Source of the DNA: an uncultured delta proteobacterium | GTDB lineage: Bacteria > Desulfobacterota > RBG-13-43-22 | DNA: 64,000 nucleotides | Assembly: GCA_963790475.1 (NCBI GenBank) | Contig: CAWBOS010000010.1 | Coordinates: 224,001-288,000, forward strand | Direction: 5' to 3' | Part shown: piece after piece, positions 1 to 12,183 of the stretch | Layout of the letters: every line of letters starts with the position of its first letter | Numbering within the stretch: the first letter of the stretch is position 1 | Made by a program: the position numbers and the translations under genes | The notes under the pieces: model-generated | What the model saw: only the letters and a program-made list of their open reading frames with translations | What the model was told of the DNA's origin: nothing | Database searches by the model: none

Positions 1-641
1 CGGTTACCGTCAAGGACATTCGGACCGGCGAAAAAAAAGATATTACTGCAGAGGCACTCTTCGTGTCGGCCGGCAGAAAATCCAATGCCGACCTCTTGAA
101 GGTTCAAAATGCCGGGATAGAGACCGACAAACGTAATTTTATCAAAGTGGATGACACCCTTCAAACCAACAAAAAACATATCTGGGCCCTGGGAGATGCT
201 GTCGGAAAGGCGATGTTTACCCATGCCGGAGACAAGGAAGCAGAATTGGTCTGGTATAATGCCACACACCGGAAAAAGATCAAAATGAATTTCGAGTCCG
301 TCCCTCATGCGATTTTTACCAATCCCCAAATTGCTTCTATCGGTTTGTCAGAGGATCAGGCGCGCCAGGACCACGAAGTACTTGTCGGCCGGGGGTTGTA
401 TTCCGATACCGTGATGGGCGAGGCCATGATGGAACAGGTGGGTTTTGCCAAGGCCGTCGTTGACAAGGGCACTGGAAGGATTCTGGGTTTTCATATCATT
501 GGTCCTCATGCCGCCATACTCATCCAGGAAGTGATTAACACGGTTAGCAACAAGAACGACCTGAAATCCATTACCGGGAGCATGCACATATTCCCTGCTC
601 TTTCCAACCTGATCCCGGAGGTGCTTACTGATCTCAAATAA
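1..641 (+). CDS. Pyridine nucleotide-disulfide oxidoreductase (dihydrolipoamide dehydrogenase/mycothione reductase-like), 5'-truncated by window edge
   Basis: Frame open from window start; motifs GRKSN, IWALGDAVG, VPHAIFTNPQIASIG, GRILGFHIIG match the FAD-binding and dimerisation domains. Confidence 0.85.
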   Translation, partial: VTVKDIRTGEKKDITAEALFVSAGRKSNADLLKVQNAGIETDKRNFIKVDDTLQTNKKHIWALGDAVGKAMFTHAGDKEAELVWYNATHRKKIKMNFESVPHAIFTNPQIASIGLSEDQARQDHEVLVGRGLYSDTVMGEAMMEQVGFAKAVVDKGTGRILGFHIIGPHAAILIQEVINTVSNKNDLKSITGSMHIFPALSNLIPEVLTDLK

Positions 642-713
642 CCATCATAGTGAGGGGATTTTGCCTTTAGAGCCGCAAATAGCCGGCTCGCTCCCTGATT
701 CTATTGAAATCTT

Positions 714-1628
714 TTACAACTTTTTGTGCTTTATAAACGTTCCGTTCCGATACTCTTCGAACGCCAGTTGCAGTTCTTGATCCGTGTTCATCACGATCGG
801 GCCGTACCAAGCCACCGGTTCGCCGATAGGCTTGCCGGATACGAGCAGGAAGCGCACCGGTTCCCCTTGGGACGAGACGGTGACCTGATCGCCGTCGCCG
901 AAGAGAACAGCCGTTCCGTCGTGCAGGTAGCGATCGCGCTCCATGTCGAAATAGTTCACCCCCTCGACATCGTAGGCATAGGGATTCCGCTCATTGCAGA
1001 AGATCCCCTTACCGGCAATAACGTAGGCGAAGACCGTATGGCCTCGCGGAGTCCGGTGTACGAACTCGGAAAGAGCCGGGAGGGTGATATCGAGATACTC
1101 GGGCTCTATAACAATGTCCCCCACCGGGCCCTGTTTACCCTCAACGGTTCCGCAGATGATCTTGACCATTGCCCCGCTCTTGGTCAGGATCTCCGGCACC
1201 TGCGCGCTCTTTATGTCGCGGTACCGGGGAGCCATCATCTTATGGGATTTGGGGAGGTTGGCCCAGAGCTGAAATCCCTCCATTACGCCTTTGCCGTCTC
1301 CCTGGGGCATCTCCTGATGGATGATGCCGCTCCCGGCGGTCATCCATTGCATATCGCCTGAAGTGATGATGCCCTTGTTTCCCAGACTGTCGCCGTGGGC
1401 AACATCCCCTTTCAGAACATAGGTGATCGTCTCGATGCCCCGGTGAGGGTGCCAGGGAAAGCCTTTGAGGTATCGAGAGGGATCGGTGTTGCGGAAATCA
1501 TCGAGCAGCAGAAACGGATCGAAGAGCGGGACCTCGCTGTTTCCGAAAACCCTTCGGAGATGAACCCCCGCTCCTTCGAGAGTGGGCTTGCCCTTGAAAA
1601 CCTTCCTGATCCTTCTGCTTTTTACCAT
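714..1628 (-). CDS. Pirin family protein
   Basis: EGAGV..RR, DPFLLLD, GFPWHPHRGIETITY, QWMTAGSGIIHQEMP, GPIVMNT; ATG at 1628 preceded by GGAGG. Confidence 0.95.
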   Translation of the reverse strand: MVKSRRIRKVFKGKPTLEGAGVHLRRVFGNSEVPLFDPFLLLDDFRNTDPSRYLKGFPWHPHRGIETITYVLKGDVAHGDSLGNKGIITSGDMQWMTAGSGIIHQEMPQGDGKGVMEGFQLWANLPKSHKMMAPRYRDIKSAQVPEILTKSGAMVKIICGTVEGKQGPVGDIVIEPEYLDITLPALSEFVHRTPRGHTVFAYVIAGKGIFCNERNPYAYDVEGVNYFDMERDRYLHDGTAVLFGDGDQVTVSSQGEPVRFLLVSGKPIGEPVAWYGPIVMNTDQELQLAFEEYRNGTFIKHKKL

Positions 1629-1702
1629 TGGCGGTCCTCCTTTTTTCAGACGAATTCTTGCATCCAACACTATCCGGTTCCCTTGGCCCCGGAGGGTGGC
1701 GG

Positions 1703-2545
1703 TCAAGGCCGGGTAGTTTCCGGCCTAGACTTGATGAAAGTTAGCAGGTCCTCGTTGATCTGGTCTTTATGGGTCGTGCACAGGCCGTGCGGCGCGCCCT
1801 CATAGATTTTCAGCGTGGAGCCCTTGACCATCTTGGACGAGAGCAGGGCCGAGTCGGCGATCGGCACAATCTGGTCGTCGTCGCCGTGCATGAAGAGCGT
1901 TGGCACATCGATTTTCTTGAGGTCTTCGGTGAAATCAGTTTCGGAAAAGGCCTTTATGCAAAAATAAGCGGCAGGAAAACCGGCCATCATCCCCTGGAGC
2001 CAGAATGACTCGCGCACGCCTTCCGAGATCTTGGCGCCCTTCCGGTTATAGCCGTAGAAGGGGATGGTGAGATCCTTGAAGAACTGCGAGCGGTCAGCCA
2101 AAACATTGGCGCGGATGCCGTCGAAGACCTCGATCGGCAGGCCGCGGGGATTGGCAGCCGTCTTCAGCATCAGCGGCGGAACCGCCCCGATCAGCACGGC
2201 TTTGGCCACACGTTTTGAACCGTGGCGGCTGATGTAGCGCGCAACTTCGCCGCCTCCGGTGGAGTGTCCGACATGGATCGCCTTCTTCAGGTCGAGCGCT
2301 TCGGCCAAGGCCGCCAGGTCGTCGGCGTAGGTGTCCATGTCGTTGCCGTTCCAGGGCTGGCTCGATCGACCGTGGCCTCGGCGGTCATGGGCGATGCAGC
2401 GGTAACCGCGAAAGGCCAGAAAGAACATCTGGTCTTCAAAGGCGTCCGCGCTGAGCGGCCAGCCATGGCTGAAGACTACCGGCTGTCCGCTGCCCCAGTC
2501 CTTATAGTAAATCTGCGTACCGTCTTTAGTCGTGATTGCGGTCAT
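1703..2545 (-). CDS. cpo: Non-heme chloroperoxidase/perhydrolase (alpha/beta hydrolase)
   Basis: [27 protein letters not shown] nucleophile, [14 protein letters not shown]. Confidence 0.93.
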   Translation of the reverse strand: MTAITTKDGTQIYYKDWGSGQPVVFSHGWPLSADAFEDQMFFLAFRGYRCIAHDRRGHGRSSQPWNGNDMDTYADDLAALAEALDLKKAIHVGHSTGGGEVARYISRHGSKRVAKAVLIGAVPPLMLKTAANPRGLPIEVFDGIRANVLADRSQFFKDLTIPFYGYNRKGAKISEGVRESFWLQGMMAGFPAAYFCIKAFSETDFTEDLKKIDVPTLFMHGDDDQIVPIADSALLSSKMVKGSTLKIYEGAPHGLCTTHKDQINEDLLTFIKSRPETTRP

Positions 2546-2682
2546 GATAGGCCCTCCTTTGCTCGGGGGTGAAGATGGAGAAACATCTCCTGGGTGGGTC
2601 TTTTCCGGCCGGAGATGAAAGGCTCCCCCTTCCCATTTTTTCTTTAAAGCTACCAGTGTCCTTTGAAAAGTTAAATAAGGTG

Positions 2683-2715
2683 AATACCGTATTTTAGCAG
2701 GACGAATACGGTATT
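2683..2715. promoter_or_regulatory. Perfect 11-bp inverted repeat, probable transcription-factor operator in the cpo/cyclase divergent region
   Basis: AATACCGTATT-N11-AATACGGTATT. Confidence 0.55.
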
Positions 2716-2773
2716 TGGGACTATGAAGGAAATGCCTTGCCTGTCAGCCGGAGTATCGCTTCAATGATTTTAT

Positions 2774-2802
2774 TTGACTTTTTGGCAGGGAAAGGATACA
2801 AA
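2774..2802 (+). promoter_or_regulatory. Putative sigma70 promoter for the cyclase gene
   Basis: TTGACT-N17-TACAAA. Confidence 0.45.
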
Positions 2803-2869
2803 TTCCTATGTAATATTAGGTTGTTTTCTTGTTGGTAACCTTTAGACAAGGAGTGTCGATGGACGAACA

Positions 2870-2909
2870 GGCCCCATTTCTCACCAGAGAATTGGGTTTT
2901 TTTATTTTT
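2870..2909 (+). terminator. Intrinsic terminator-like hairpin in the cyclase leader (possible attenuator)
   Basis: CCCATTTCTC-acca-GAGAATTGGG followed by a T-run. Confidence 0.5.
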
Positions 2910-2977
2910 GGCCTAAGAAGGTGTCAGAAGAAGGGTCTATAAAAAAGCAATAATTTGAAATCAGCAAAGGATTGACC

Positions 2978-5900
2978 ATGAAATGTCCCAAGTGCCAAAC
3001 GGAGAATCCCGAGACCAATAAGTTCTGCCGGGAGTGCGGGGTCAGTCTGTCGAAGGTATGTTCCCACTGCGGTACGGAAGTCCTGCCCCAAGATAAATTC
3101 TGCGGCAAGTGCGGCCAGGCCCTGGGAGAAACACCAGCACCCTCGACCGCAGCCGTCACCTTTGATATAGTCGCGCCCAAGTCCTACACCCCGAAACATT
3201 TAGCCGATAAAATCCTGAACACCCGCAGGTCCCTGGAAGGGGAGCGCAAGCTGGTCACGGTGCTGTTCGCCGATGTGGCCGGGTACACCTCCCTGTCCGA
3301 GAGGCTCGACCCGGAGGAAGTGCACAGGATCATGGAAGGGTGCCTGCAGATCCTGATGGATGAGATTCACAAATATGAGGGGACGATCAACCAGTTCACC
3401 GGCGACGGGGTCATGGCCTTGTTCGGCGCACCCCTGGCCCATGAGGACCATGCCCAGAGGGCCTGTTATGCGGCCCTGGCCATCCAAAAGGAATTGGCCG
3501 GATACGGCCGGAAGGTCAGAAAGGATTTCGGCCGGGAATTTCAGATGCGTATCGGACTCAACTCCGGCCCGGTGGTGGTTGGTGCTATCGGAGACGATCT
3601 GCACATGGATTACACGGCCATCGGGGACACCATCAACCTGGCAGCCCGGGTTGAGCAGGCAGCTACCCCCGGAGAGGTCTGGTTAAGCCAGGCCACCCGG
3701 GGCCTTATCCAGGGGTATTTCAACGAGGAGCCGGTGGGAGAAGTCTCCCTTAAGGGTAAAGCCGAGCCCCAAAAACTATATCGGGTGGTCGCTGATCGAC
3801 CCGACGTGCGCACCCGGTTCGAAGCCGGGCTGGCCCGGGGAGTGACGGAACTGGTGGGCCGTCGCCCGGAGATGGAGTCCCTGCGGGCAACCTTCGAGCG
3901 GGTCAGAGGAGGCCAAGATCAGGTTATCGACGTGGTCGGGGAAGCAGGGGTGGGTAAGAGCCGACTTATCTATGAGTTCCACAAATCTTTAGGCCAGGAG
4001 GCCGTTGTTCCTTTGCGGGGTCTGCCTGCAATACGGGCGAAGCATGAATTTCCTTCCGGTTCGGGAGGTGGTCGAGGAGGTCTTTGGGCTTCGCGAGGGG
4101 ATGGATGAAGAAACTGTAAAAGGCAGGATTAAGGAGCAGGCCACGGAAAACCTGACCCCGTTCATTCCCTTCTACCATCAATCTGTTGTCCCTGGAGGTG
4201 GCCGATTCAAAATTCAAATCACTGAATCCAGAAGGACGAAAGTTCGGGACCTTCGAGGCGGTTAAAAGCCTCCTTCTGACTTTAAGCAAAGAAAAACCCC
4301 TGGTGATTTTTCTGGAAGACGTGCACTGGATGGACAAGATCTCCGAGGAGTTTTTTACCTACCTCTCCCGCTGCATCCACGGTCACCCGATCATGATGCT
4401 CTCGGCCTATCGGCCCGAAGTCACCCCTCCCTGGACACAGGAGGCGCACTACCAGAAGCTGGGGTTGGAGACCCTGGGCCTCAACTCTTCTATCCGGCTG
4501 GTTATGAACCTCCTGGGAGGACTGGAACTGGAGCCGGCCCTGGAGAGCAAGATTGCGAAAAAGGCCGGAGGAAACCCTTTCTTTATGGAGGAGATAGTCA
4601 GAGAACTCCTGGAGCGCGGCGATCTGGTGCGAGAGGGGGACCGCTATATCTGCCGCTGCCCTAATGACCAGATAGAGGTCCCATCCACTATTCAGGGAGT
4701 TATCGCCGCCCGAATGGATCGCTTGAGCGAAGACCTTAAACGCACCACCCAGGTGGCCAGCGTGATCGGGAGAGATTTTAGCTTACAGGATCCTCAAGAG
4801 CGTCATGGAATTGGGAGAGGAGTTGAGGGGGCATCTCACCAACCTGGTGGGTCTTGAGCTCCTCTACGAGAAGACCCTCTATCCCGAACTGGAGTACATC
4901 TTTAAGCACTCCCTGACCCAGGACGTGGCCTACGAGAGCCTCCTCAAGCAGCGGCGGCAGGAGATCCACGGGCGCATCGCCAGGGCCATCGAAGAGCTTT
5001 ATGCCGAAAAACTCGAAGCCCACTATGAGATCCTGGCCCATCATTGGGAACTCAGCGGCAACCATGAGAAAGCAATCGAGTATCTGATCCTGGCCGGCGA
5101 GAAATCCAATCGGGATAACGCCGTTCAGAGCGCGCGGATTTTCTTGAAGGGCGCCTTGGATCTGTCACAGGTCCACCAGGTTTCGCTGGAGCCGTCCAAG
5201 GAGGTCCGGGTGCGCCGGGGGCTGGGCATGGCCAGCCGGGCCAGCGGTGACCTCGATACTGCCGTGAAGGAATTGAAAAAGGCGGTCGAGATCAGCCGGC
5301 GATGGGGAATGGCCGAAGAGGAGATGGAGAGCCTGATCGAAGAGGCAGCCACCGTGGTTTTTTCCGAAGCCGACCTGAAGCAGGCCCTGCGGTTTTATGA
5401 CGACGTCATTGCCAGGGCCAGAGCAATGGGACGGAAAGCGGAGGAGAGCCTTTTCCTTTCACTAAAGGGGAATTATATCTCCATTACCGGCCGTCGATAC
5501 CAGGGGGGGCAAATGGTCAGGGAGGCGGAAAGATTGGCCCTGGAGACGGGAGATCCCCGAGCGATCTCCACTGCACGTCTTAGCCTGGCCATGGCTGAGC
5601 GATGGCAAGGCCGGCCCCAAAAGGCGGTCGAGCTGACCGAGGGCATGATTGAGGCCCTGCAATCCATGTTTTATCTCGAAGTAGCCTCACTCGGAATCCA
5701 AATCCGGGGAATGGCTTTGACGGAAATTGGCAGAATCGAAGAGGCCATGGGAATCCTACGGTATGGCATCCAAACCTGCGAATCACTCGGGGTCAAGGCC
5801 CATTTGGGGAGACTTTACAACACTCAGGGTTACTGCTTTGGGGAGATTCAACAGATCGAAAAGGCGCGGAGACTGAATTCCCAGAGCCGTGGAAATAAGT

Positions 5901-6506
5901 CGGGAACTCATGGAAGGATACCCGGCCGGACGCCAGATCGCCGGGGAAATCGCCGCCCATGCCGAGGTGAATCTGATGGAGAACCTCTTCGACCTGGGGG
6001 ATCCGGACGGGGCCTGGAAAATGATGAAATCTTTTGAGCAGGAATCCAGCGGTGATGATTACACCCGATCACGCGATCGCTGGGGATCCCGCCTGGAGGC
6101 CTTGGCCGCCACCATCCTTCTGGAGAGGGATGACGTTGATCAAGCCGAGCCAATTGTTCTCAGGAACCTCCCCACGGCCCAAAGAGAGCATATGAAAAAA
6201 TACGAGGGGCGTTTTCTCAGATTGCTCGGAGAGGTTCAGACGAGGCGGGGCGAGTTCGACCAGGCCCTGGCCAGCCTGGGCGAGGCCATTCGCATCCTGG
6301 GGGAGGTTGGAAACCCCCGACAGCTCTGGCAGGCCCACGGCTCTTTGGCCTCTTCTTATGAAAGGATGGGCCGTGGCAGCGAGGCGCGGGAGGAGTGGGG
6401 TAAAGCGGCTGAAATAATCAGGAAGGTCGATTCCGGACTTGCCGATCGCCAGCTTGGCCAGGACTTCCTCAACGCCAGGCAGGTCCGAGGGATCCTGGCC
6501 AAATAG
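2978..6506 (+). CDS. Double zinc ribbon + class III adenylate/guanylate cyclase + AAA ATPase + TPR protein, split by four +1 frameshifts (~4005, ~4185, ~4790, ~5885)
   Basis: CPKC/CREC/CSHC/CGKC; ERKLVTVLFADV, FTGDGVMALFGAP, GDTINLAAR; GEAGVGKSRL; LEDVHWMD; GGNPFFMEE; YIFKHSLTQDVAY; consecutive ORFs continue one domain series. Confidence 0.88.
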
Positions 6507-7652
6507 TTAGAAATGTCTCTCTTCGATTTCCGCCGCGGGTTGACGTTTTCTGGATCTTCTTCTGGGACTCCAGGCGCTTTGCTGCCAGTTGTCCATAGGT
6601 ATGTTTTCTGAAATCCAAGGCGGCAGAGTCAGATGAAAACGCCTGGACAGGGCTATGACGTAGGGCTCATACATTCGACGCAACTCCACCAGCCGTAAGT
6701 GGGCATCCCCTTTTTGGGGGAAGGTCAAGCCGTTTTCCGATAGAGCCGTGAGTAAACGCTCCATGGTTGCCGGAGGAAGCCGGTCGGATCTCTGGAAATC
6801 GGGGGGCGTCTCAAAGATAAGGGCAAGATCCACAACGGCGTGACGTGCCATGGCAAAGGTCCGCTGGGCCTGACGCTGGCAATCCCCTTCAATGATAACC
6901 GTGACCAGAGTGGTGGTGTCCAGTAACGCCGTCAAAGAGGCCAGCCAGGATTGATTTTCGTGTTGAGAGCGAAAATAGGCCAGTACCGGGTAGGACAGGT
7001 GGCTTTCAAGCAACTCCGCGGCCCAGTATTCCCAGTCATGGAGGAGGCGTTCAAGCTGTCCTGTGCCTTGAACGGTAATGTTCCGGCGCAGTATTTCGGC
7101 GGCTGAGGGCGGAGATCCCGCCTGGGCATCCAGCAGGGATATGCTCACTTCGCGCCTGGAAAAAGACTGGTTCAGTGCCGGGAGGTAGCCTATGATCATG
7201 GCCAGAAAGACGAATCCGACACCGGCCTCCAATGCGGTCAGCACCCGTGCGGAAGTTGTAGTCGGCATGGTATCCCCCAGCCCCAGGGTGAAGAAGGTCG
7301 TAGCACTAAAGTAAAGAGAGCTGAGGAATCTTGGAGCCATTTCTGCTGCCCTGGCCAAGGGTCCAAAGGCCCAATACAAGAGGGCGAAACCTGAGATCAT
7401 CACCATTGCCCATAACCCCACTAGAATCGGAAGGGATATGGGACCGTAAACGCTTAAGAGGTTTTCCCGGCGCCTGCCGGATAAGGCCCAGGAAATCACC
7501 GACGACCACAGGGACCAGGAGTACTGGTAAAAAGCCCTGGTAAGGCGCAGCCTTCGGGTTACCCGGCGTGGGAAAACCACGGTTTCAAAGGCGTCCAGCA
7601 AGATATAGGAAATGAGGATAACTCCGAGAATAGCGCTCAGGACGGTTGACAC
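6507..7652 (-). CDS. Potassium channel family (Ion_trans_2) membrane protein
   Basis: TM helices and pore loop SLYFSATTFFTLGLGD; stop codon abuts that of the cyclase gene. Confidence 0.8.
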   Translation of the reverse strand: MSTVLSAILGVILISYILLDAFETVVFPRRVTRRLRLTRAFYQYSWSLWSSVISWALSGRRRENLLSVYGPISLPILVGLWAMVMISGFALLYWAFGPLARAAEMAPRFLSSLYFSATTFFTLGLGDTMPTTTSARVLTALEAGVGFVFLAMIIGYLPALNQSFSRREVSISLLDAQAGSPPSAAEILRRNITVQGTGQLERLLHDWEYWAAELLESHLSYPVLAYFRSQHENQSWLASLTALLDTTTLVTVIIEGDCQRQAQRTFAMARHAVVDLALIFETPPDFQRSDRLPPATMERLLTALSENGLTFPQKGDAHLRLVELRRMYEPYVIALSRRFHLTLPPWISENIPMDNWQQSAWSPRRRSRKRQPAAEIEERHF

Positions 7653-7810
7653 TTTAACCTCCTCACGGTGAAGATATCTTGGGTGCAGGCACAGTCACGA
7701 TATGAATGTTCACTGGCCAGGACATTTGATAAAAATTCTCTCCTGCACACTGACCTTAGGGGGGACGAAAAGGTTTCCATATTCATGACCCATTTCCGCC
7801 GGAAAGAGCC

Positions 7811-10800
7811 TTATTCCGGGGAAGCATTTTCACTGCCGGTATCTTGGGCCTCGGTCTCAATATCACATTTTAATAATTTATTGGCCTCCCGCGCCCTGAA
7901 TAAATAGCAAAGCACCGGCACCATGGTCCGGGAAAGAAAGGTGGCGGCCACTTCACCGGACATGAGAGCGATGGCCATGCCCTGGAAGATAGGGTCGAAG
8001 AGGATTACCGAAGAGCCGACCACCACGGCGGCCGCGGTGAGGAGCATGGGCCGAAAGCGGATGAGCCCGGCCTGGATGACCGCTTCCTTGATCGGGGCCC
8101 CTTCGGCGATTTTCAGGTCGACGAAGTCTACCAGGATGATGGAATTACGCACTACGATGCCGGCCCCGGCGATAAACCCGATCATGGAGGTGGCCGTAAA
8201 AAAGGCCCCCATCAGGGCATGACCGGGCAGGATGCCGATGAGCGACAAAGGGATGGGGGCCATGATCACCAGGGGCACGACGAAGGATTTGAACCAGCCC
8301 ACCACCATGACGTAAATCAGGATCAGAACCACCCCGAAGGCCAGTCCTAAATCGCGAAAGACCTCATAGGTGATATGCCACTCCCCATCCCATTTCATGG
8401 AATACTTGTCTTCCATCGAGGGCTGCACCGCCGAATACTGCTGCAGCTCGTATCCTTCCGGGAGTTTCATTTCTTTGATCTGCTTTTTCATTTTCAGGAT
8501 GGGATAGACCGGGCTTTCCGCGGTGCCGGCCACATCCCCGAGGACATAGACCACCCGTTTCAGGTTTTTCCGGTAGATGGTTTTATCTTCGATCCCGGCC
8601 CGTACCCTGACCAGTTCGGACAAAGGAACCGCCCGGCCTGAACTGGAAATAAGGGTCAGTTCCTCGAGTCGTTGGATGCCGGCCCGTTCGGCCAGCGGGG
8701 CCCGGAGTAAAAGCTCCACCGGTTCTTTGTCCCTTTCGATATGGGCCAAACCAACCGGGGTGCCGTTTAAAACCGTTTGCACAGCCCGGGAAACCTCCTG
8801 GGTGGTGATGCCGTGATAAGCCGCTTTTTCCCTGTCCACATCAAAGAAGAATTTTTTCTGGTCGCTCTCCACGTACCAGTCCACGTCAACCACCCCCGGG
8901 GTGCGGGCGAAAAGGTCTTTGATCTCTTTGGCGATTTCGATTTGCCGCTCGAACCTGGGACCGTAAATCTCAGCTACCAGAGTACTCAAAACCGGCGGTC
9001 CCGGCGGGATCTCGACGATCTTGGTCCGGGCCTGATAGGCATCGCCCAGTTTTTTAATCGCCGGTCTGATCCTTTTGGCGATCTCATGGCTCTGGGCCTT
9101 TCTTTCTCCCTTGGCTACAAAATTGACCTGGATATCCGCCTGGCTGCTTCCGGTCCTGAAAAAATAGTGCCGCACCAGGCCGTTAAAGTTGAAAGGGGCG
9201 GAGGTGCCGATATAGGACTGGTAATTGGTCACCTCCGGCACAGTGGCCAGGTACTGGCCGATTTCCCTGGTCAGGGCCGCGGTTTTCTCCAGGCTGGAAC
9301 CCTCGGGCAGGTCGATCACCACCTGAAGCTCGCTTTTGTTGTCAAAGGGGAGCATCTTGACGGTGGTTAATTTAAGCGGAACGAGGGCGAAGGCGGCCAG
9401 GAGCAGGACGAGAACCAGGATAAAAAACCTGATGCGCTTTTTTCTGTTTTCCAAAAGGGAGCGCAGGTTCCGTTCATAGACACGATTGAAAAAGGCCAGG
9501 ACCCGCCCTTCTTCTTTCTCCTTACCCCCTCCGGTTTTCGTCCCTTTTAAAACGATAAGGCTCAGCCAGGGGCTGATGATGAAGGCGATCAACAGGGAGA
9601 TGATCATGGCCGCCGAAGCCCCCACCGGGATGGGTCTCATATAAGGTCCCATGAGACCTGATACGGCGGCCATGGGCAGCAGGGCGGCGATAACGGCAAA
9701 GGTGGCCAGGATAGTGGGATTACCCACTTCATCCACGGCCAGGACGGCAATCTCCGGATCGATCCGGCTCATCTTGAAATGGCGGTGAATGTTTTCCACC
9801 ACGACGATGGCATCATCCACCAGTATGCCGATGGAAAAGATGAGGGCGAAAAGGGTCACCCGGTTGAGGGTATAACCGACCAGATAGGTCACCAGAATGG
9901 TCAGGGCCAGGGTGACCGGGACGGCCACGGCCACGACAATGGCCTCCCGCCAGCCCAAAGCCAGGGCAACGAGGATGGTCACTGACAGGGCGGCTAAAAA
10001 CATATGCTTTAAAAGCTCGTCCGATTTTTCCTTGGCCGTCTGTCCGTAGTTTCGGGTAGTAGTCACCTCCACGCCGGATGGGATAAGATTACCTTTCAGG
10101 GCCTCAATCTTTTCCATGGCCCGTCCGGCGATCTGAGTGGCATTGGTCCCCTTTTTTTTGGCGATCGACAAGGTGACGGCCTCAAAAAGACCGCCCCGGT
10201 CCCTGGTCGATGCCGGGCCGAAACCCATAAACACGTAGTTGGCGGGCTCCTCGGGTCCGTCCGTGATTCGGGCCACATCTTTTAGATAGACCGGCCGGTC
10301 CTCGGCCACCTTGATGACCAGATTTCCTACTTCCTCGCTGTTCTTCAGAAAACCCCCGGTTTCCACCAGGTATTCCAGATCGCCGGATGGAAAACGCCCC
10401 GAAGGGGTCAGGAAGTTGGACCTCCCCAAAACCTCTTCTATTTGTCTCAAGGTCAGATGAAAGGCCTTAAGACGCAAGGGATCCGCGGTAATGCGAAGCT
10501 GTCTTTTTTGCCCGCCCAGGACCTGAAATTCGGCGACATCCTTGTCCTTCTTCAACTCGTCGCCTACCTCCTCGGCCACTCTTCTCAAGTCATAGCCGCC
10601 GTAGGATCCACTCCAGAAGGTATAGGAAAGGATGGGCACATCATCAATGGATTTGGGTTTGACCAGGGGTTGGGAAACGCCGGGGGGGATCTTGTCGTAA
10701 TTGGACATGAGCTTGGTGTAGAGGTCAACCAGGCTTTTTTCCTGGTCCTGGCCCACGTAGAACCGGACAATGGCCAGGCTCGTCCCGGGTTTCGAAAGGG

Positions 10801-11068
10801 TATAGATGTATTCCACCCCTTTGATCTCCCAGAGGAACTTGGACATGGGCTTGGTGACCAGTTCATCCACCTCTTTGGCCGAGGCCCCGGGGTAGCTGAC
10901 CAGGACATCGATCATGGGAACGACGATCTGGGGTTCTTCCTCCCTCGGGGTGACGATAATGGCAAACAGGCCGAGGAAGATGGAGGCGATGACCACCAGG
11001 GGCGTCAGCTTCGATTTGATAAAGGCCTTGGCAATGCTGCCGGCGAACCCGAGAACTTTAAGACTCAC
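7811..11068 (-). CDS. RND efflux permease (AcrB/AcrD/AcrF family)
   Basis: 1085 aa; [35 protein letters not shown]. Confidence 0.95.
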   Translation of the reverse strand: MSLKVLGFAGSIAKAFIKSKLTPLVVIASIFLGLFAIIVTPREEEPQIVVPMIDVLVSYPGASAKEVDELVTKPMSKFLWEIKGVEYIYTLSKPGTSLAIVRFYVGQDQEKSLVDLYTKLMSNYDKIPPGVSQPLVKPKSIDDVPILSYTFWSGSYGGYDLRRVAEEVGDELKKDKDVAEFQVLGGQKRQLRITADPLRLKAFHLTLRQIEEVLGRSNFLTPSGRFPSGDLEYLVETGGFLKNSEEVGNLVIKVAEDRPVYLKDVARITDGPEEPANYVFMGFGPASTRDRGGLFEAVTLSIAKKKGTNATQIAGRAMEKIEALKGNLIPSGVEVTTTRNYGQTAKEKSDELLKHMFLAALSVTILVALALGWREAIVVAVAVPVTLALTILVTYLVGYTLNRVTLFALIFSIGILVDDAIVVVENIHRHFKMSRIDPEIAVLAVDEVGNPTILATFAVIAALLPMAAVSGLMGPYMRPIPVGASAAMIISLLIAFIISPWLSLIVLKGTKTGGGKEKEEGRVLAFFNRVYERNLRSLLENRKKRIRFFILVLVLLLAAFALVPLKLTTVKMLPFDNKSELQVVIDLPEGSSLEKTAALTREIGQYLATVPEVTNYQSYIGTSAPFNFNGLVRHYFFRTGSSQADIQVNFVAKGERKAQSHEIAKRIRPAIKKLGDAYQARTKIVEIPPGPPVLSTLVAEIYGPRFERQIEIAKEIKDLFARTPGVVDVDWYVESDQKKFFFDVDREKAAYHGITTQEVSRAVQTVLNGTPVGLAHIERDKEPVELLLRAPLAERAGIQRLEELTLISSSGRAVPLSELVRVRAGIEDKTIYRKNLKRVVYVLGDVAGTAESPVYPILKMKKQIKEMKLPEGYELQQYSAVQPSMEDKYSMKWDGEWHITYEVFRDLGLAFGVVLILIYVMVVGWFKSFVVPLVIMAPIPLSLIGILPGHALMGAFFTATSMIGFIAGAGIVVRNSIILVDFVDLKIAEGAPIKEAVIQAGLIRFRPMLLTAAAVVVGSSVILFDPIFQGMAIALMSGEVAATFLSRTMVPVLCYLFRAREANKLLKCDIETEAQDTGSENASPE

Positions 11069-12171
11069 AGTTTTACCATCCCTCCGTCAACGGCCCGCTC
11101 GACCCCTTCGACGACGATCCGCTCCCCGCCCTTAAGCCCGGAAAGGACTTCGGTTCTGTCGGCGTATTCTTTCCCGATTCGGATGAGGCGGAGAGTCATC
11201 ACCCCTTTTTCATCGACCACATAGACCCCGGTTAACTGCCCCCGTTCCACGACGGCCTTCTTGGGAATGAGGAGGGTTTCTTTTTTCCCTTCGAAGATCA
11301 ATATCCGGCAGTAGAGACCGCTTCTTAAGGCCGGCCCCTGGAGCGGGATTTTAATCAGATAAGTTCGAGTGGCCGGATCGACAGCCGGAACAACTTCGGC
11401 GATAAAGCCGGGGATCCGCTCCCGGGTCCCTTCAAACAGGACGTCAGCCCTGGTCCCAGCCTTGAATCTTTGGATCAACTGTTCATCGATGTAGGCTTCG
11501 ACCTTGAAGCGGGACGTATCCTCTATGGTCAAAAGGGGCATACCCGGAACGGCCAGGCTGCCGGGGTCGATCTTTTTCTCGGTTACGACGCCGGAAACCG
11601 GGGCCTGGACCCGGGCATAGCCCCGGTAGATCCTGGCCCACTCCAAGGAGGCGGTGGCCCTCTTGACGGTTTCCTTCAGACGGTCAACTTCCGCCTGAGC
11701 CACCTTTTTTTGGGTTTCTATCTGGTCCATCTCCTGCTGGGTGATCACCTTTTCCCGGTGGAGGTTTTTGTATCGATCATAGGTAACTTCGGCCAGGGAT
11801 TTATTCTGGACCGCGGCCTCCAGGGCCTTTGAGGCCTCTTGATTAGCGGCTTCGGCTTCAGCCACCTTCTGGACCAGGTCATGGTCATCGATGGTCAAGA
11901 GGACCTGGCCGGCCTTTACGCGATCGCCTTCCTTGAATTTGACGGCGGTAACCGTTCCCATACTGCGGCTGGAGATAATGCTGGTCGTTCCGGCCTTGAC
12001 GGTGCCCGAAGTTTCATAAAAGGCGTCGATGGAAGAGGGGGAAATTTGAAGAAGGGTTATCCCGGTAATCAGCGGTCTTTGGACGGGGGAAGAAGGGGGT
12101 TTCTCCTTTTCCCCACATCCGAAAAACAACAGGAACAGGACCATAAGACAGAAGGGGAAGGCTTTTTTCAT
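11065..12171 (-). CDS. RND periplasmic adaptor (membrane fusion lipoprotein)
   Basis: Lipobox FFGC, lipoyl-like halves ([18 protein letters not shown]), VDPATRT; 4-nt overlap with the permease. Confidence 0.93.
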   Translation of the reverse strand: MKKAFPFCLMVLFLLFFGCGEKEKPPSSPVQRPLITGITLLQISPSSIDAFYETSGTVKAGTTSIISSRSMGTVTAVKFKEGDRVKAGQVLLTIDDHDLVQKVAEAEAANQEASKALEAAVQNKSLAEVTYDRYKNLHREKVITQQEMDQIETQKKVAQAEVDRLKETVKRATASLEWARIYRGYARVQAPVSGVVTEKKIDPGSLAVPGMPLLTIEDTSRFKVEAYIDEQLIQRFKAGTRADVLFEGTRERIPGFIAEVVPAVDPATRTYLIKIPLQGPALRSGLYCRILIFEGKKETLLIPKKAVVERGQLTGVYVVDEKGVMTLRLIRIGKEYADRTEVLSGLKGGERIVVEGVERAVDGGMVKL

Positions 12172-12183
12172 AGGTCTTTCTCC

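Noticed and set aside
2978-6506. Programmed ribosomal frameshifting in the cyclase gene
   Set aside because: Four shifts without slippery sequences; sequence error is simpler.
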